Shown here piece by piece: positions 19,936 through 29,761 of a stretch of 64,000 nt of DNA. The notes below the pieces were generated by a model that saw nothing but the letters and a program-made list of their open reading frames with translations, was not told where the DNA came from and did no database searches. Every line of letters starts with the position of its first letter. The first letter of the stretch is position 1. The stretch lies in assembly GCA_902385255.1 (NCBI GenBank), contig CABMEV010000003.1:64813-128812 (forward strand). Reading direction: 5' to 3'. This stretch comes from Candidatus Tiddalikarchaeum anstoanum (lineage in GTDB: Archaea; Nanobdellota; Nanobdellia; Tiddalikarchaeales; Tiddalikarchaeaceae). The position numbers and the translations under genes are program-made.

Positions 19936-20187
19936 TTATGCTATTGTAAAACTGAATTCGAAATATATTTTATTATTTTGATCTATTTGTAATGTGAGAT
20001 TTATTGGTTCACCAATCGCGTACTCTTTAACCATCTCATAATTATTTTGAATTGATTGAAGCACCTCTTGTTTGTTGCGTGTATCTTTTGACTTCGGCAG
20101 CAAATAAGTTATATACTTTAATAATTCCGATTCGTTGCGTTTTAGCTCATCTTTTTTAATAATGAATATTCTTTCCTCAAGATTCAT
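19936..20187 (-). CDS. Hypothetical protein
   Basis: ORF of 83 aa, no motif recognised. Confidence 0.2.
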   Translation of the reverse strand: MNLEERIFIIKKDELKRNESELLKYITYLLPKSKDTRNKQEVLQSIQNNYEMVKEYAIGEPINLTLQIDQNNKIYFEFSFTIA

Positions 20188-20230
20188 AATTTAAAACTTA
20201 AAAAATTATATTTATAAACTTTCTTATTTT

Positions 20231-20764
20231 TTACCAGGGTTCTCTTTTAACACCTATCTTGTATCCTATAATATTGGCAGCCCTGTGGACTATAGGTGTA
20301 AGTACTAGCGCTATTATTACGATGTACCACGAGTAAGGTGTGTAAAACCTAACTGCTATTAATGAGCCTATTATGAAATCCTCCATGTCAAGAAGCCCCA
20401 TATTAGCGCCTCTTGGAAGACCCATCCTTCTCTTGTAAAAACTGCCAATTAAATCCCCAATCATTGCACCTAAACCAATGAATAAGTAAGACAGAGGAGG
20501 CAAGGAGAGAGCTGTAATAGTTGAAGGAAGGATTGATATGAAATAAGTTACTAATAATCCCATTAGATAACCCATTATGGATGCGAGTATTAATCCTTCA
20601 ATAGTTTTACCGTCGCCAAACACCCGGTTCTTCCCAATCTTCAAGCCGAAATCTAAAGGGTGCTTCTTGAAAGGCATCCTGATAAGAAAAGGAGGAGAAC
20701 CGTTCGCGATATAAGCTGGAATCAGTATTTGAAGCGTTTGAACTATAATATCAGCCAAAATCAT
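20231..20764 (-). CDS. carS: CDP-archaeol synthase (CarS family)
   Basis: 177 aa polytopic membrane protein with AYIANGSPP, HPLDFG, FGDGKTIEG and SFYKRRMGLPRG...DMEDF motifs characteristic of CarS; divergent from a CDP-alcohol phosphatidyltransferase gene. Confidence 0.65.
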   Translation of the reverse strand: MILADIIVQTLQILIPAYIANGSPPFLIRMPFKKHPLDFGLKIGKNRVFGDGKTIEGLILASIMGYLMGLLVTYFISILPSTITALSLPPLSYLFIGLGAMIGDLIGSFYKRRMGLPRGANMGLLDMEDFIIGSLIAVRFYTPYSWYIVIIALVLTPIVHRAANIIGYKIGVKREPW

Positions 20765-20818
20765 GGTATTATGCTAAATGAGTTAGGTTTTTAAAAAAAC
20801 TATTGTTCCATTATTAGA

Positions 20819-21436
20819 ATGAGCAAGCTCGAAAAAGTAAAAGGATTATTTAGCAAAGTAAACCTTCTTGAAAAAATAAAAGCAGTATTCAACAAAATTA
20901 TAGACCCTTTTTTGAATACTCTTGTAAAATTTCACGTAACGCCTAATGAGGTAACAAGCAGCGTATTCTTCTTCCTCGCAATCACTATACTATTCTTGGT
21001 TAAGAAAAACCTGGTAGTTTCAGGACTATTTTTAATACTAACATCCCTCGTTGACGCAGTGGACGGCGCACTGGCAAAGAAGGTTGGAAGCACAAGATTC
21101 GGAGACTTTTATGACGCTTTCCTGGACAGGATTGTAGAAGCTGCAATATATTTAACAATAAGCTTGGCATACCCTGAGTTGTACCTGCCTTCATTTTTCG
21201 CACTAGCATTCTCATTCATGACTAGTTACGTTGCTGCAAGGGCGGAAGTATGGACTATAGGAGTCAAGATTAAGTATTTAGGAATAGGGTCTAGGACTGG
21301 AAGATTGGTAATACTAATACTCGCATTCTTATTCAACCAGCTGCAGATAGGGTTGTATCTTATAATAATAGTTGCAGGAATAACAATGATAGGCAGAACT
21401 TATGTAACAATGAAAATATTAAGAAGTAACAGATAA
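20819..21436 (+). CDS. CDP-alcohol phosphatidyltransferase (archaetidyl-headgroup synthase family)
   Basis: DAVDGALAKKVGSTRFGDFYDAFLDRIVE matches the D-G-x2-A-R-x8-G-x3-D-x3-D signature; multiple TM helices. Confidence 0.7.
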   Translation: MSKLEKVKGLFSKVNLLEKIKAVFNKIIDPFLNTLVKFHVTPNEVTSSVFFFLAITILFLVKKNLVVSGLFLILTSLVDAVDGALAKKVGSTRFGDFYDAFLDRIVEAAIYLTISLAYPELYLPSFFALAFSFMTSYVAARAEVWTIGVKIKYLGIGSRTGRLVILILAFLFNQLQIGLYLIIIVAGITMIGRTYVTMKILRSNR

Positions 21437-21450
21437 AAAAAACTTTTTTT

Positions 21451-22176
21451 TTACTGGAATGACAATAAGTCATCAGTTGTTAACTTTTTCTTGTTCATGA
21501 GTTTTGTTATAGCTTCTTCCTCTTTCTCTTTCATGATTGCTTCTTCTTTCTTCTTCATATACTCTTTCTTCTCTATAAGAGTCTTATTCTCTTTTCTTAA
21601 TTTGTCAATCTCGTCTTTTAATATCAGCTGAAGGTTTTTGCTCTCCTTCTTGAAGCTCTTTATATCTTTCTGGAACTCCTTCATCTTCTGGCTTATCTTA
21701 TCGCTCTCTTCGGCGTTCTTGATTACAAGATTGTGATACTCGTTATGTTTCTGCCTTGCATCGCCTAATTCGTGAATGAGCTCTCTGATTCTTTTAAACA
21801 CGATGCCTTTCTTCTCAGCCTCTTTAAGCTTGGCTTTCAAACCTTTCAATTCCTTCATGATTGCTTCCTCTTTCTTGATGGATAATACATTAACCTGGAA
21901 GAACCATTCTTTCTTATTGATTATTTTCCTTAAAGTCTTGGAATCATCCTCGACTTCGTTCAATCCTTTCTTCTCCTCATTAAGATTCTTCAATTCAGAA
22001 ATAATATTTTTAATCTTATCAACCATTTCGCAGCGCTTCTCTTTATTCTCCCTGACTACTTCGTTGAACTTGTCGCGTTCGCCTTTAAGCTTATTAAACT
22101 CGTTAATGTCATCTATGATTTTAGTCCTAAGCTCGTTTTTCCTATCTTTCAGCTCGATTAATTTTTGCCTTTCCAT
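21451..22176 (-). CDS. Lys/Glu-rich coiled-coil protein
   Basis: 241 aa, highly charged with heptad-like K/E/L periodicity; no enzymatic motif. Confidence 0.3.
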   Translation of the reverse strand: MERQKLIELKDRKNELRTKIIDDINEFNKLKGERDKFNEVVRENKEKRCEMVDKIKNIISELKNLNEEKKGLNEVEDDSKTLRKIINKKEWFFQVNVLSIKKEEAIMKELKGLKAKLKEAEKKGIVFKRIRELIHELGDARQKHNEYHNLVIKNAEESDKISQKMKEFQKDIKSFKKESKNLQLILKDEIDKLRKENKTLIEKKEYMKKKEEAIMKEKEEEAITKLMNKKKLTTDDLLSFQ

Positions 22177-22403
22177 GTTTCACAACTAATAAAAAACCCT
22201 GTTTTATTATTAAATATTATGGGTATTAAATCTTTAGTTAGGGATGTTGCATTTTTATATATTTCGTATAAGCTTTTAACCACTTATCCGCTCCCTTATT
22301 TCCAGCAAATACTCTACAGCCTTATAATAATAACGTTTACGGTGCTATTTGCCGTTCCCAGGATAAAAGACTTTAAATAATATGGTTGACACCTTAAAAA
22401 ACC

Positions 22404-24065
22404 ATGAATAAAAGAACAATTCTACCTGTTTTATTACTATCACTTATACTATTAGTTAGTGGTTGTACTATAACAGTAAACCCGAACGGGGGACAAACAA
22501 GCGGAGGTAGCAGTGGACAGACAACAGGAGGCCAATCAACAAACACTCAGACTACAGGCGGCCAGACTACTGACACTACAACGCAAACTAGTACTTACGT
22601 TTCCAGCGTTACAGTAACTAGTATAACTGATTCTGAGAACAACGTTTTGTACTCAGGAGCTTCAACAAGCGACGAAATTGTAAGAGTAAGAGGTACGATT
22701 ACAGCAACTATTGGAACAACGCAATACAGTACAGTTGTATCACATAATGGTATAGAACAATTCGTAAGTGTTGGATCAACAGGAGCCTTTGAAACACCCG
22801 TTGGTATAGTACCTGGACAGAACACATTCCAAATAATAGTAAGAGACTTAGAGGGCAATATAATTGGAAGAAGTTCACAGTACATAATTAACTCGGCAAC
22901 AGTTACTAATGAGGCAGGACAAACAGTAACAGCACAAACTACAGATCTTAGAGTCACACTTACATGGAATGTTGATGACACAGATGTAGACTTGCACGTG
23001 ATAGACCCTAACCATTGTGAAGCTTACTACGCAGACAAGCAGGCAATCGAAAACGGTGCATTAGATGTAGATATCACAACAGGTTTCGGACCTGAGATAT
23101 ACACGCAAAACCAGGGTACAGCATTACTTGGAGATTATGAAGTATTAATCAACTATTACAGCAATCATGGAAACACTGAGCCGGTAACAGCAACAGTCCG
23201 CGTACAAGTAAATGAAGGAACAGTGCAGACATTCACGCACACTTTCACAACAGATGAAGGAGACGCAGCAAACTGGGTTGTTGGAAACTTCAGAATACCG
23301 ACTGCTAATATAAGCCCAACAAACAGGTGCGAAGAGTCAACAATAACGGATAATACAAATGTCTCGAATACCGAACTTGTATCAGTGACTAACCTTGCAA
23401 TTACAAGCGTTGGAGACCAGACTAGTAGCGGTATGTCAATCACGACAACTAATAGAGTAGTTACAGTGACTGGACAAGTTAGCTTTACAGGAACGCTGAA
23501 TGAGAGAGTAATATTATACGTTAACGACGTGCCACAATATGTGGAAGTTAGCAGTACAGGAAGTTTCACAGCTGAAACAGTCTTAGCACCAGGATTAAAC
23601 ACGTTAAGGATTTCAGCAGTAGATTCCACTGGGAGCGAAGTGTTCACAAGCAGGTCTTGGACCATAACAGCATCAAGCATTGCAGCAAGCGACTTAACAG
23701 TAGTATTATCATGGGATACGAATTATGATGATATGGACTTGCACGTACTTGGACCTGACGGAGTAGAAACAAACTATATTTACAAGAACACAAGCACAGG
23801 CGTATTGGACATTGATAAAACAGATGGTTATGGACCTGAAACGTTTACTCTAAACCCAACAGCACCAAACGGAGTATACGAGATAAGCACATGTTATTAT
23901 GCAAACCACGGAACTGGAAGTTCAACTGACGTCTCATACACTGAAGACTCACACATAACAGTTTCAATTACAACTAACAGGGAAACTACAACTTACAGGC
24001 ATACATTCCCCGCTGTTGACGCCGGAACTTGTTGGAGTGCAGCAAATATAACAATAGCAAGGTAA
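22404..24065 (+). CDS. Secreted lipoprotein-like protein with Thr/Gly-rich linker and two tandem copies of a ~100 aa domain
   Basis: Signal peptide with lipobox-like LLVSGC. Internal duplication: LTWNVDDTDVDLHVIDPN...DVDITTGFGPEIYT...YEVLINYYSNHG versus LSWDTNYDDMDLHVLGPD...DIDKTDGYGPETFT...YEISTCYYANHG. Confidence 0.5.
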   Translation: MNKRTILPVLLLSLILLVSGCTITVNPNGGQTSGGSSGQTTGGQSTNTQTTGGQTTDTTTQTSTYVSSVTVTSITDSENNVLYSGASTSDEIVRVRGTITATIGTTQYSTVVSHNGIEQFVSVGSTGAFETPVGIVPGQNTFQIIVRDLEGNIIGRSSQYIINSATVTNEAGQTVTAQTTDLRVTLTWNVDDTDVDLHVIDPNHCEAYYADKQAIENGALDVDITTGFGPEIYTQNQGTALLGDYEVLINYYSNHGNTEPVTATVRVQVNEGTVQTFTHTFTTDEGDAANWVVGNFRIPTANISPTNRCEESTITDNTNVSNTELVSVTNLAITSVGDQTSSGMSITTTNRVVTVTGQVSFTGTLNERVILYVNDVPQYVEVSSTGSFTAETVLAPGLNTLRISAVDSTGSEVFTSRSWTITASSIAASDLTVVLSWDTNYDDMDLHVLGPDGVETNYIYKNTSTGVLDIDKTDGYGPETFTLNPTAPNGVYEISTCYYANHGTGSSTDVSYTEDSHITVSITTNRETTTYRHTFPAVDAGTCWSAANITIAR

Positions 24066-24134
24066 TCCTTGCTATTTTTTTTTTATTTTTTTAATTAAGT
24101 TCTTAAATCATTATTGAAATCATATTACTAAATC

Positions 24135-24704
24135 ATGATATTGCTATTATTGTTCCTTTACTCTTACCTGATAGGCAGTTTTCCTACAGCGTATTTACTG
24201 GTGGAACTTTTTAAGAAAAAAAACATATTAAGACTGGGCGACGGAAACAACGGCGCCTATAATGTGTTAAAAGTTACAAAAAATTTAGGCATAACAAGTA
24301 TAGTCTTATTAATAGACGCGTTTAAAGGTGCACTAGTAGCACTGACTTATTCTTATTTTGAAAATTCAAACACAGCAGTTTTAGTTGCCTTGTCTGGTTT
24401 ACTATTAGGACATGATTATTCAATATGGCTGAATTTTAAAGGAGGTAAGGGCTTGGCTTCAGCATTCGGTGCAATGTTAATATTAGCGCCTGAATTTGTA
24501 ATAATCACATCTGTTCTTTATTTGTTGGCGTTGTTTTTAGTCAGGAAAGCTGAGCTGGCTGGATTAATCATCACCCCCGTACTTTTAGCATTAATGTTCA
24601 TCCTGAGACCTAGCCTCTTACTGCCTGCTTTCATCACAGGTTTATTAATATGCCTGAAAGATATAATTAAACTCTTAAATAGGAAAAAAGTATCAATATT
24701 TTAA
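24135..24704 (+). CDS. plsY: PlsY-like glycerol-3-phosphate acyltransferase family protein
   Basis: GSFPTAYLLVELF...RLGDGNNGAYNVLKV...LLIDAFKGALVA resembles the PlsY pattern (G-S-x-P-x-x-Y ... G-S-G-N-x-G-A-T-N ... D-x-x-K-G). Identified by motif memory only. Confidence 0.5.
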   Translation: MILLLLFLYSYLIGSFPTAYLLVELFKKKNILRLGDGNNGAYNVLKVTKNLGITSIVLLIDAFKGALVALTYSYFENSNTAVLVALSGLLLGHDYSIWLNFKGGKGLASAFGAMLILAPEFVIITSVLYLLALFLVRKAELAGLIITPVLLALMFILRPSLLLPAFITGLLICLKDIIKLLNRKKVSIF

Positions 24705-25642
24705 TGAATCTTAGCAGGATAATACTATTAACTCTGTCTCTTCTTATACTATTATTATTAATGCCTTTCTTTAACTCCATACTTGGGGGGTTTCTCATAG
24801 CTTACTTGTTCAAGTCTTTGTTCGAGTCAGTTGAGAATAAGGTGAGAAATAGGACAGTGAGCGCTGGATTGGTGACATTCGTATCAGTCATTGTTTTATT
24901 GTTAATTAATTACTTGTTCTTCAGGACAGTGATTACAAGCTTTATACAAATGCAGGCTTTGATTGATAAGAATGTATTATTGTTGAATAATATTATATCA
25001 TCAATGTCGGCGGATATTATTGTGACAAGCACTCCTTCGAACATTATTGACTACTTTTATGGCCTTTTTACAAGCGCGCCTAAAACCATACTTGATTTTA
25101 TCATAGTAGTCTCTGTCACTTTCTACTCGCTCAAGGATTTTGAAAAAGTTAAACTTTTCATAAAATCATTATTTGACCATAAAATATCCAAAGCTTTTGA
25201 CAGGATTTATGGAAGGGTTGAGCAATTAATTAATTCATTCATTTACGGGCACTTAATGGTTAGCTTGATTTTGAGCATAATGGTTTTCACCATTGTTTCA
25301 TTCCTGAAAATACCTTTTTCCCTGGAGCTTTCCTCAATTAGCTTCGCAATGGGGGTCTTTCCAATACTCAGCGCTTACATGCTTACGCTAATTGTGGGAT
25401 TTTACTACTTATTCTTCGCGGATTATTTAAGATTTATAATCTTAATAGTGGTTAGTGTCATACTTTTTTTCATAGATAGGAATGTTAAAGTATTGCTTCA
25501 TGCAAAAGACAGCATTAACCATTTGCTCCTCGTTGTCGGACTAGTCGGCGGAGTTGCAGTTTTCGGATTTTACGGCTTTATTGCAGGGCCAATCCTTACA
25601 AGCCTTGCTCAGGCATTAATAGAAGAATTATACAAATTTTAA
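24704..25642 (+). CDS. Polytopic membrane protein (possibly AI-2E/PerM-like transporter family)
   Basis: 312 aa with multiple hydrophobic helices; start overlaps the PlsY-like stop by 1 nt. Family assignment is weak. Confidence 0.3.
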   Translation: MNLSRIILLTLSLLILLLLMPFFNSILGGFLIAYLFKSLFESVENKVRNRTVSAGLVTFVSVIVLLLINYLFFRTVITSFIQMQALIDKNVLLLNNIISSMSADIIVTSTPSNIIDYFYGLFTSAPKTILDFIIVVSVTFYSLKDFEKVKLFIKSLFDHKISKAFDRIYGRVEQLINSFIYGHLMVSLILSIMVFTIVSFLKIPFSLELSSISFAMGVFPILSAYMLTLIVGFYYLFFADYLRFIILIVVSVILFFIDRNVKVLLHAKDSINHLLLVVGLVGGVAVFGFYGFIAGPILTSLAQALIEELYKF

Positions 25643-25857
25643 CGAGCATCCACTATTTTTATCGCGCCCCTTGGACAGTACTGCATTGCTGAAATATTCT
25701 GTCCTATTTTTTTTAATTTAATCTTTATAGCGTGCGCTTTTTCATCATCAAGTATTTCCCAATTTCCCGGGCATACCTTGACGCATATACCGCAGCCGTT
25801 GCATTTTTCGCGGTTTACAATTATCCTATAAAATTTCTCTTGCTTTGCCATTCTCAA
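25639..25857 (-). CDS. Small 4Fe-4S ferredoxin-like protein
   Basis: CNGCGICVKVCP plus a distal CP motif (QYCPRGA). Confidence 0.5.
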   Translation of the reverse strand: MRMAKQEKFYRIIVNREKCNGCGICVKVCPGNWEILDDEKAHAIKIKLKKIGQNISAMQYCPRGAIKIVDAR

Positions 25858-26776
25858 ATAACACCTTGTACAATTTGCTAATCAGAGGAGCATTAATCTT
25901 CCTCTTGTCTATTACTTTCTTGACTATCTTAATGGCATTTATGCCTTCAACAGTCTGGCCTACATCTTTAAGCGCTTCCTCAACGCTGAAACCCTTGGCC
26001 AGTTTTTCACCAAAACGCCTGTTCCTGCTGTGAATACTATTGCAAGTTACAATTAAGTCGCCAACACCTGCGAGAGAGTGCACTGTTTCACCGTCGCCTC
26101 CCATTATCTTGACAATTTCAGAAAGTTCTTTAAGCCCCATGCTTATAATCCCTGCCTTTGTATTATCGCCATAACCTAAGCCGTCAACTATCCCTGTCGC
26201 TATCGCGATTATATTCTTTAAGGCGCTGCACCATTCTACTCCAATAATATCACTGGTTGTAGTAATATTATAATACTCATTCTTGAACGCGTTAACCGCT
26301 GATTTTAACGCTTTAGAATCAGTTGATGCAAAGACTACATAAGTTGGAACCTTTAAAGCCACCTCGTTGGCTATGCTAGGGCCCCCTATTGACACTATTT
26401 TATTCTTAACAACATCGCTTATTACCTCGCTCATCCTCTTGTCAGTCTCATCCTCCAAACCCTTGGCAGTGTTAACTATCACTGACTTTTTTGGAATAAA
26501 ATTTGAAGATTTCACTATGACACTTTTTACGATATTGGACGGGAGCGATACCACAACTAGTTCAGCATTCTTCAATGACTCCTCAATGTTTGACGTTGCA
26601 GTAATATCCTTCTTTAATTCAACGCCCTGCAAGTACTTGTTATTCTTATGATTCTGATTGATGTCTTTGTTGACATCATCTTCTATGCTCCACAAAATTA
26701 CTTTATGATTATTATCCCCGAGCAGTTTAGCAATGGCTGTGCCCATATTCCCTGCGCCGAGTATTGTAATATTCAT
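25826..26776 (-). CDS. gpsA: NAD(P)H-dependent glycerol-3-phosphate dehydrogenase (GpsA family)
   Basis: N-terminal ITILGAGNMGTAIA Rossmann motif; central GPSIANEVA, IGVEWCSALKNIIAIATGIVDGLGYGDNTKAG and AGVGDLIVTC...SRNRRFG blocks typical of GpsA. Confidence 0.75.
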   Translation of the reverse strand: MNITILGAGNMGTAIAKLLGDNNHKVILWSIEDDVNKDINQNHKNNKYLQGVELKKDITATSNIEESLKNAELVVVSLPSNIVKSVIVKSSNFIPKKSVIVNTAKGLEDETDKRMSEVISDVVKNKIVSIGGPSIANEVALKVPTYVVFASTDSKALKSAVNAFKNEYYNITTTSDIIGVEWCSALKNIIAIATGIVDGLGYGDNTKAGIISMGLKELSEIVKIMGGDGETVHSLAGVGDLIVTCNSIHSRNRRFGEKLAKGFSVEEALKDVGQTVEGINAIKIVKKVIDKRKINAPLISKLYKVLFENGKAREIL

Positions 26777-28098
26777 GCTACTAATTCACCTGCCTTATAG
26801 ACTATTATCGTATTAGTCGTATTTTTCAAAAATAGTCCTGCTACGAATACGATAACATCATCCTTTTTAATTATCTTATTATTCAGGCAGTGTCTGGTTA
26901 TCCTAATCACTTTATCATTATCATCCCCTATATTATGCATTAAGGGCGACACACCGTAGCTAATCATGAGCTGCCTTTTAACATTGTCATTTTCAGTTAC
27001 AGCTATTATATCATTGGCCTTACTGAATCTTGAAATCATCCTCGCAGTATAACCGCTTCTAGTCAGGCATATAATCTTGCCATTCAGCTCTTCTGCTATC
27101 TTAAACGCGTTAAGAGTTATCAAATTGTGCATATTCTTTACTATATCAAAACTCGTAATCCTGGATTCTTCAACCAATCTGCATATCTTCCTCATGGCTT
27201 TTACCACTAGCGCAGGATGTCTGCCTATGCTTGTCTCACCAGACAACATTACAGTATCCGCCCCGTCTATTACTGCATTCGCAACATCACTCGTTTCAGC
27301 GCGGGTCGGAGTATTATTAGTAATCATTGACTCCATCATCTGAGTGGCAACTATTACTGGCTTTCCTGCATTGTTGCACTTTCGTATTATCATCTTCTGG
27401 ATTAAAGGTATCCTCTCGCTTGCGATTTCAACGCCTAAGTCTCCTCTCGCAACCATTACGCCATCGCACGTTTTTAATATCTCTTCGAAATTATCAACAC
27501 CTAATTTTGACTCTATTTTGGCTAATATTTTGACCCCGCTGTTTTTTAGCTTGTCCCGGACGGTTTTAATGTCATCTGCGCTGTTTGTGAATGATACAGC
27601 AACAAAATCTATGTCTTTCTTGACTGCAAAATTGAGTCCTTCAACATCCTTTTCGGACAATAATGGCAGGTTGAAATTAACACCCTTCACAACTAATTTC
27701 CTATTCTTGACCAGGATGCCATTATTCTCCATTAAAATCTTTATTTTTTTCTTATTAACATCAGTTACTTTTGCACTGTTTGCTCCGTCATTAATAAGCA
27801 GGGTCATCCCTTTCGTTAATACATGAGAAATATTTGCTGATACATCAATATCCAATACGTCGCCTTTTTCGAATTTCGCATCATTATTTAATACTCTTAA
27901 TTCCGGACCTGCAGTGTCCAAGATTATAGGGATATCACCTATTTTTCTGATATTAGCAATAATCGTTGAATACTGCTCGAAATTGCCGTATGATAAATTA
28001 ATCCTGCATGCGTTCATGCCTGAATCATACATGTCTCTAATGACTTTTTCAGCAATGCTTGCAGGCCCTACAGTGCATAATATTTTCGTATTGTTCAT
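26773..28098 (-). CDS. pyk: Pyruvate kinase
   Basis: KILCTVGPAS...GMNACRINLSYG N-terminal signature; MVARGDLGVE and VATQMMESM active-site blocks. Confidence 0.85.
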   Translation of the reverse strand: MNNTKILCTVGPASIAEKVIRDMYDSGMNACRINLSYGNFEQYSTIIANIRKIGDIPIILDTAGPELRVLNNDAKFEKGDVLDIDVSANISHVLTKGMTLLINDGANSAKVTDVNKKKIKILMENNGILVKNRKLVVKGVNFNLPLLSEKDVEGLNFAVKKDIDFVAVSFTNSADDIKTVRDKLKNSGVKILAKIESKLGVDNFEEILKTCDGVMVARGDLGVEIASERIPLIQKMIIRKCNNAGKPVIVATQMMESMITNNTPTRAETSDVANAVIDGADTVMLSGETSIGRHPALVVKAMRKICRLVEESRITSFDIVKNMHNLITLNAFKIAEELNGKIICLTRSGYTARMISRFSKANDIIAVTENDNVKRQLMISYGVSPLMHNIGDDNDKVIRITRHCLNNKIIKKDDVIVFVAGLFLKNTTNTIIVYKAGELVA

Positions 28099-28104
28099 AA
28101 TCTC

Positions 28105-28971
28105 TTAATCACTATCCTTAATCATACTCGTCGCTGCCAAAACTCCGCTTCCAACAGCTGTGCTTATCTGATAAGAGTTTGGAGTGCAGTCTCCTGCCGC
28201 CCATACCTTTGGAACGTTCGTCTTCATCTCAGAGTCAACTTTTATTTTATTACCTGTTAATGCCATGCCTAAGCTTTTTGCAAAATCAGTTGATGAAGCG
28301 TCGCCGAGAGCTATGAATACGCCGTCCGTTTTGATTACTCTTTTTCCGCTTTTAACACCTGTCACTTTGTCGCCGCCTATTATTTCGTCAATTTTTAAAT
28401 CTTCAACCTTTATGCCTGCCTTTTTCGTCTTTGATACTAAGTCGTTGCTTATCTTTAACTCTTCGCCGTTTGTGATTATGGTTAAGTCTTTTGTAAAAAC
28501 AAGAAGTTGTAATGCGGTTCTCGCTGCGAAATCGCCGCTTCCTATTATAAGCACTTTTTTATTTTTGAAGAAGAACCCGTCGCACGTTGCGCAGTAAGAA
28601 ACACCCCTTCCTGTGAATTTTTCCTCACCCTTAATGTTTGAATTCTTAGGAGTATTCCCTGTTGCTACTAACAGCATTCTGGATTCAAAGGAGTTATTAC
28701 CAGTATGTATTATGAATCTGTCTGTGAATTCAACGTTCGTCGCCAAATCATCAACTATTTCAGCGCCGAAGCTTTTTGCCTGATTATATCCTTTCTCCAT
28801 GATTTCGGCGCCGTTAGTCACTCCTGTCGCGAAATAATTGTTTATTATTACATTAGTATTCCATATCTTGTTCTTTTTGCCAAGCACTAAGACGCTTCTT
28901 CCTGCTTTTGCAAGGTATATCGCTGCTGCTAAGCCAGAAGGTCCAGCGCCGAGTATTACAGCATCTAACAT
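28105..28971 (-). CDS. trxB: Thioredoxin reductase-like FAD-dependent disulfide oxidoreductase
   Basis: LDAVILGAGPSGLAAAIY FAD motif, CATCDGFFF redox-active CxxC, VLIIGSGDFA second Rossmann motif. Start placed at internal Met (track ORF extends to 29016, overlapping the upstream gene). Confidence 0.75.
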   Translation of the reverse strand: MLDAVILGAGPSGLAAAIYLAKAGRSVLVLGKKNKIWNTNVIINNYFATGVTNGAEIMEKGYNQAKSFGAEIVDDLATNVEFTDRFIIHTGNNSFESRMLLVATGNTPKNSNIKGEEKFTGRGVSYCATCDGFFFKNKKVLIIGSGDFAARTALQLLVFTKDLTIITNGEELKISNDLVSKTKKAGIKVEDLKIDEIIGGDKVTGVKSGKRVIKTDGVFIALGDASSTDFAKSLGMALTGNKIKVDSEMKTNVPKVWAAGDCTPNSYQISTAVGSGVLAATSMIKDSD

Positions 28972-28991
28972 AAAATATATAAGAAGATTGT

Positions 28992-29720
28992 TTATTTTAT
29001 TAACTCTTTCATGCAAGTGACAAAAAGCCTTCTTGAATCCTTGTTCGGGCCCTTTCCATTCTCATCAAAGATTTGTTTAACCTTGAATCCCGCACTTATG
29101 AGCGCAGCTTCCACTTTTTTAAGAGGGAATGTTTTTTCAACAACTTGGTCTGAAAACATCTTGTACATATTGCCTTTCTTTTTTAGGATTATATCATCCC
29201 ATAATGCCAAATCATTCCTGCTTGATGTCTGAGACAGGACTATAGTGTCCATTAATTTCGACCAGCTTCTTTTAGGCTCTTTGAAAGAGTCAAACTTTGC
29301 CTGCGTGTTAAAGTCGAATATGAATAGTCCTTTTTCACTTAAATGGTTGTATGTGTTTTTGAATGTTTTCTGCCAGTCGTCAAACACTTTTAAGTGGTTT
29401 ATGGTGTCGTACATGCACAGTATTACGTCGAATTTCTTGTTTAATCTGAAGCTGGTCATGTCTGCCTGTATGTACTTGGATTTTTTGTCTTTCTTCCTGG
29501 CTATTGCCAGCATCTCTTTTGATATGTCAAGCCCTGTGGTTTCAAATTTTTTCGATAAGGGAATCAGTATATTCCCTGTTCCGCATCCGAGTTCCAGCAC
29601 TGACTTTGCAGTCCTATCATACTTGTTAATCATGGATGTGATTATTTTGTTGAACTTAGCGTAAATCTCTTCACCCATAAGTTCATCATAAACGCTTGCC
29701 AATTCTTTATACGCAGCCAT
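28992..29720 (-). CDS. Class I SAM-dependent methyltransferase
   Basis: VLELGCGTGNILIPL motif I and downstream acidic residue (GLDIS). Confidence 0.6.
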   Translation of the reverse strand: MAAYKELASVYDELMGEEIYAKFNKIITSMINKYDRTAKSVLELGCGTGNILIPLSKKFETTGLDISKEMLAIARKKDKKSKYIQADMTSFRLNKKFDVILCMYDTINHLKVFDDWQKTFKNTYNHLSEKGLFIFDFNTQAKFDSFKEPKRSWSKLMDTIVLSQTSSRNDLALWDDIILKKKGNMYKMFSDQVVEKTFPLKKVEAALISAGFKVKQIFDENGKGPNKDSRRLFVTCMKELIK

Positions 29721-29761
29721 AGAAATATTAAAAAGGCAGTATTTTAATAAACTTATTATTC

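Noticed and set aside
22165-22380. 71 aa ORF in the intergenic region upstream of the lipoprotein gene
   Set aside because: Hydrophobic low-complexity product overlapping the likely promoter region of the 22404 gene and the 5' end of the 21451-22176 gene; no support for it being real.
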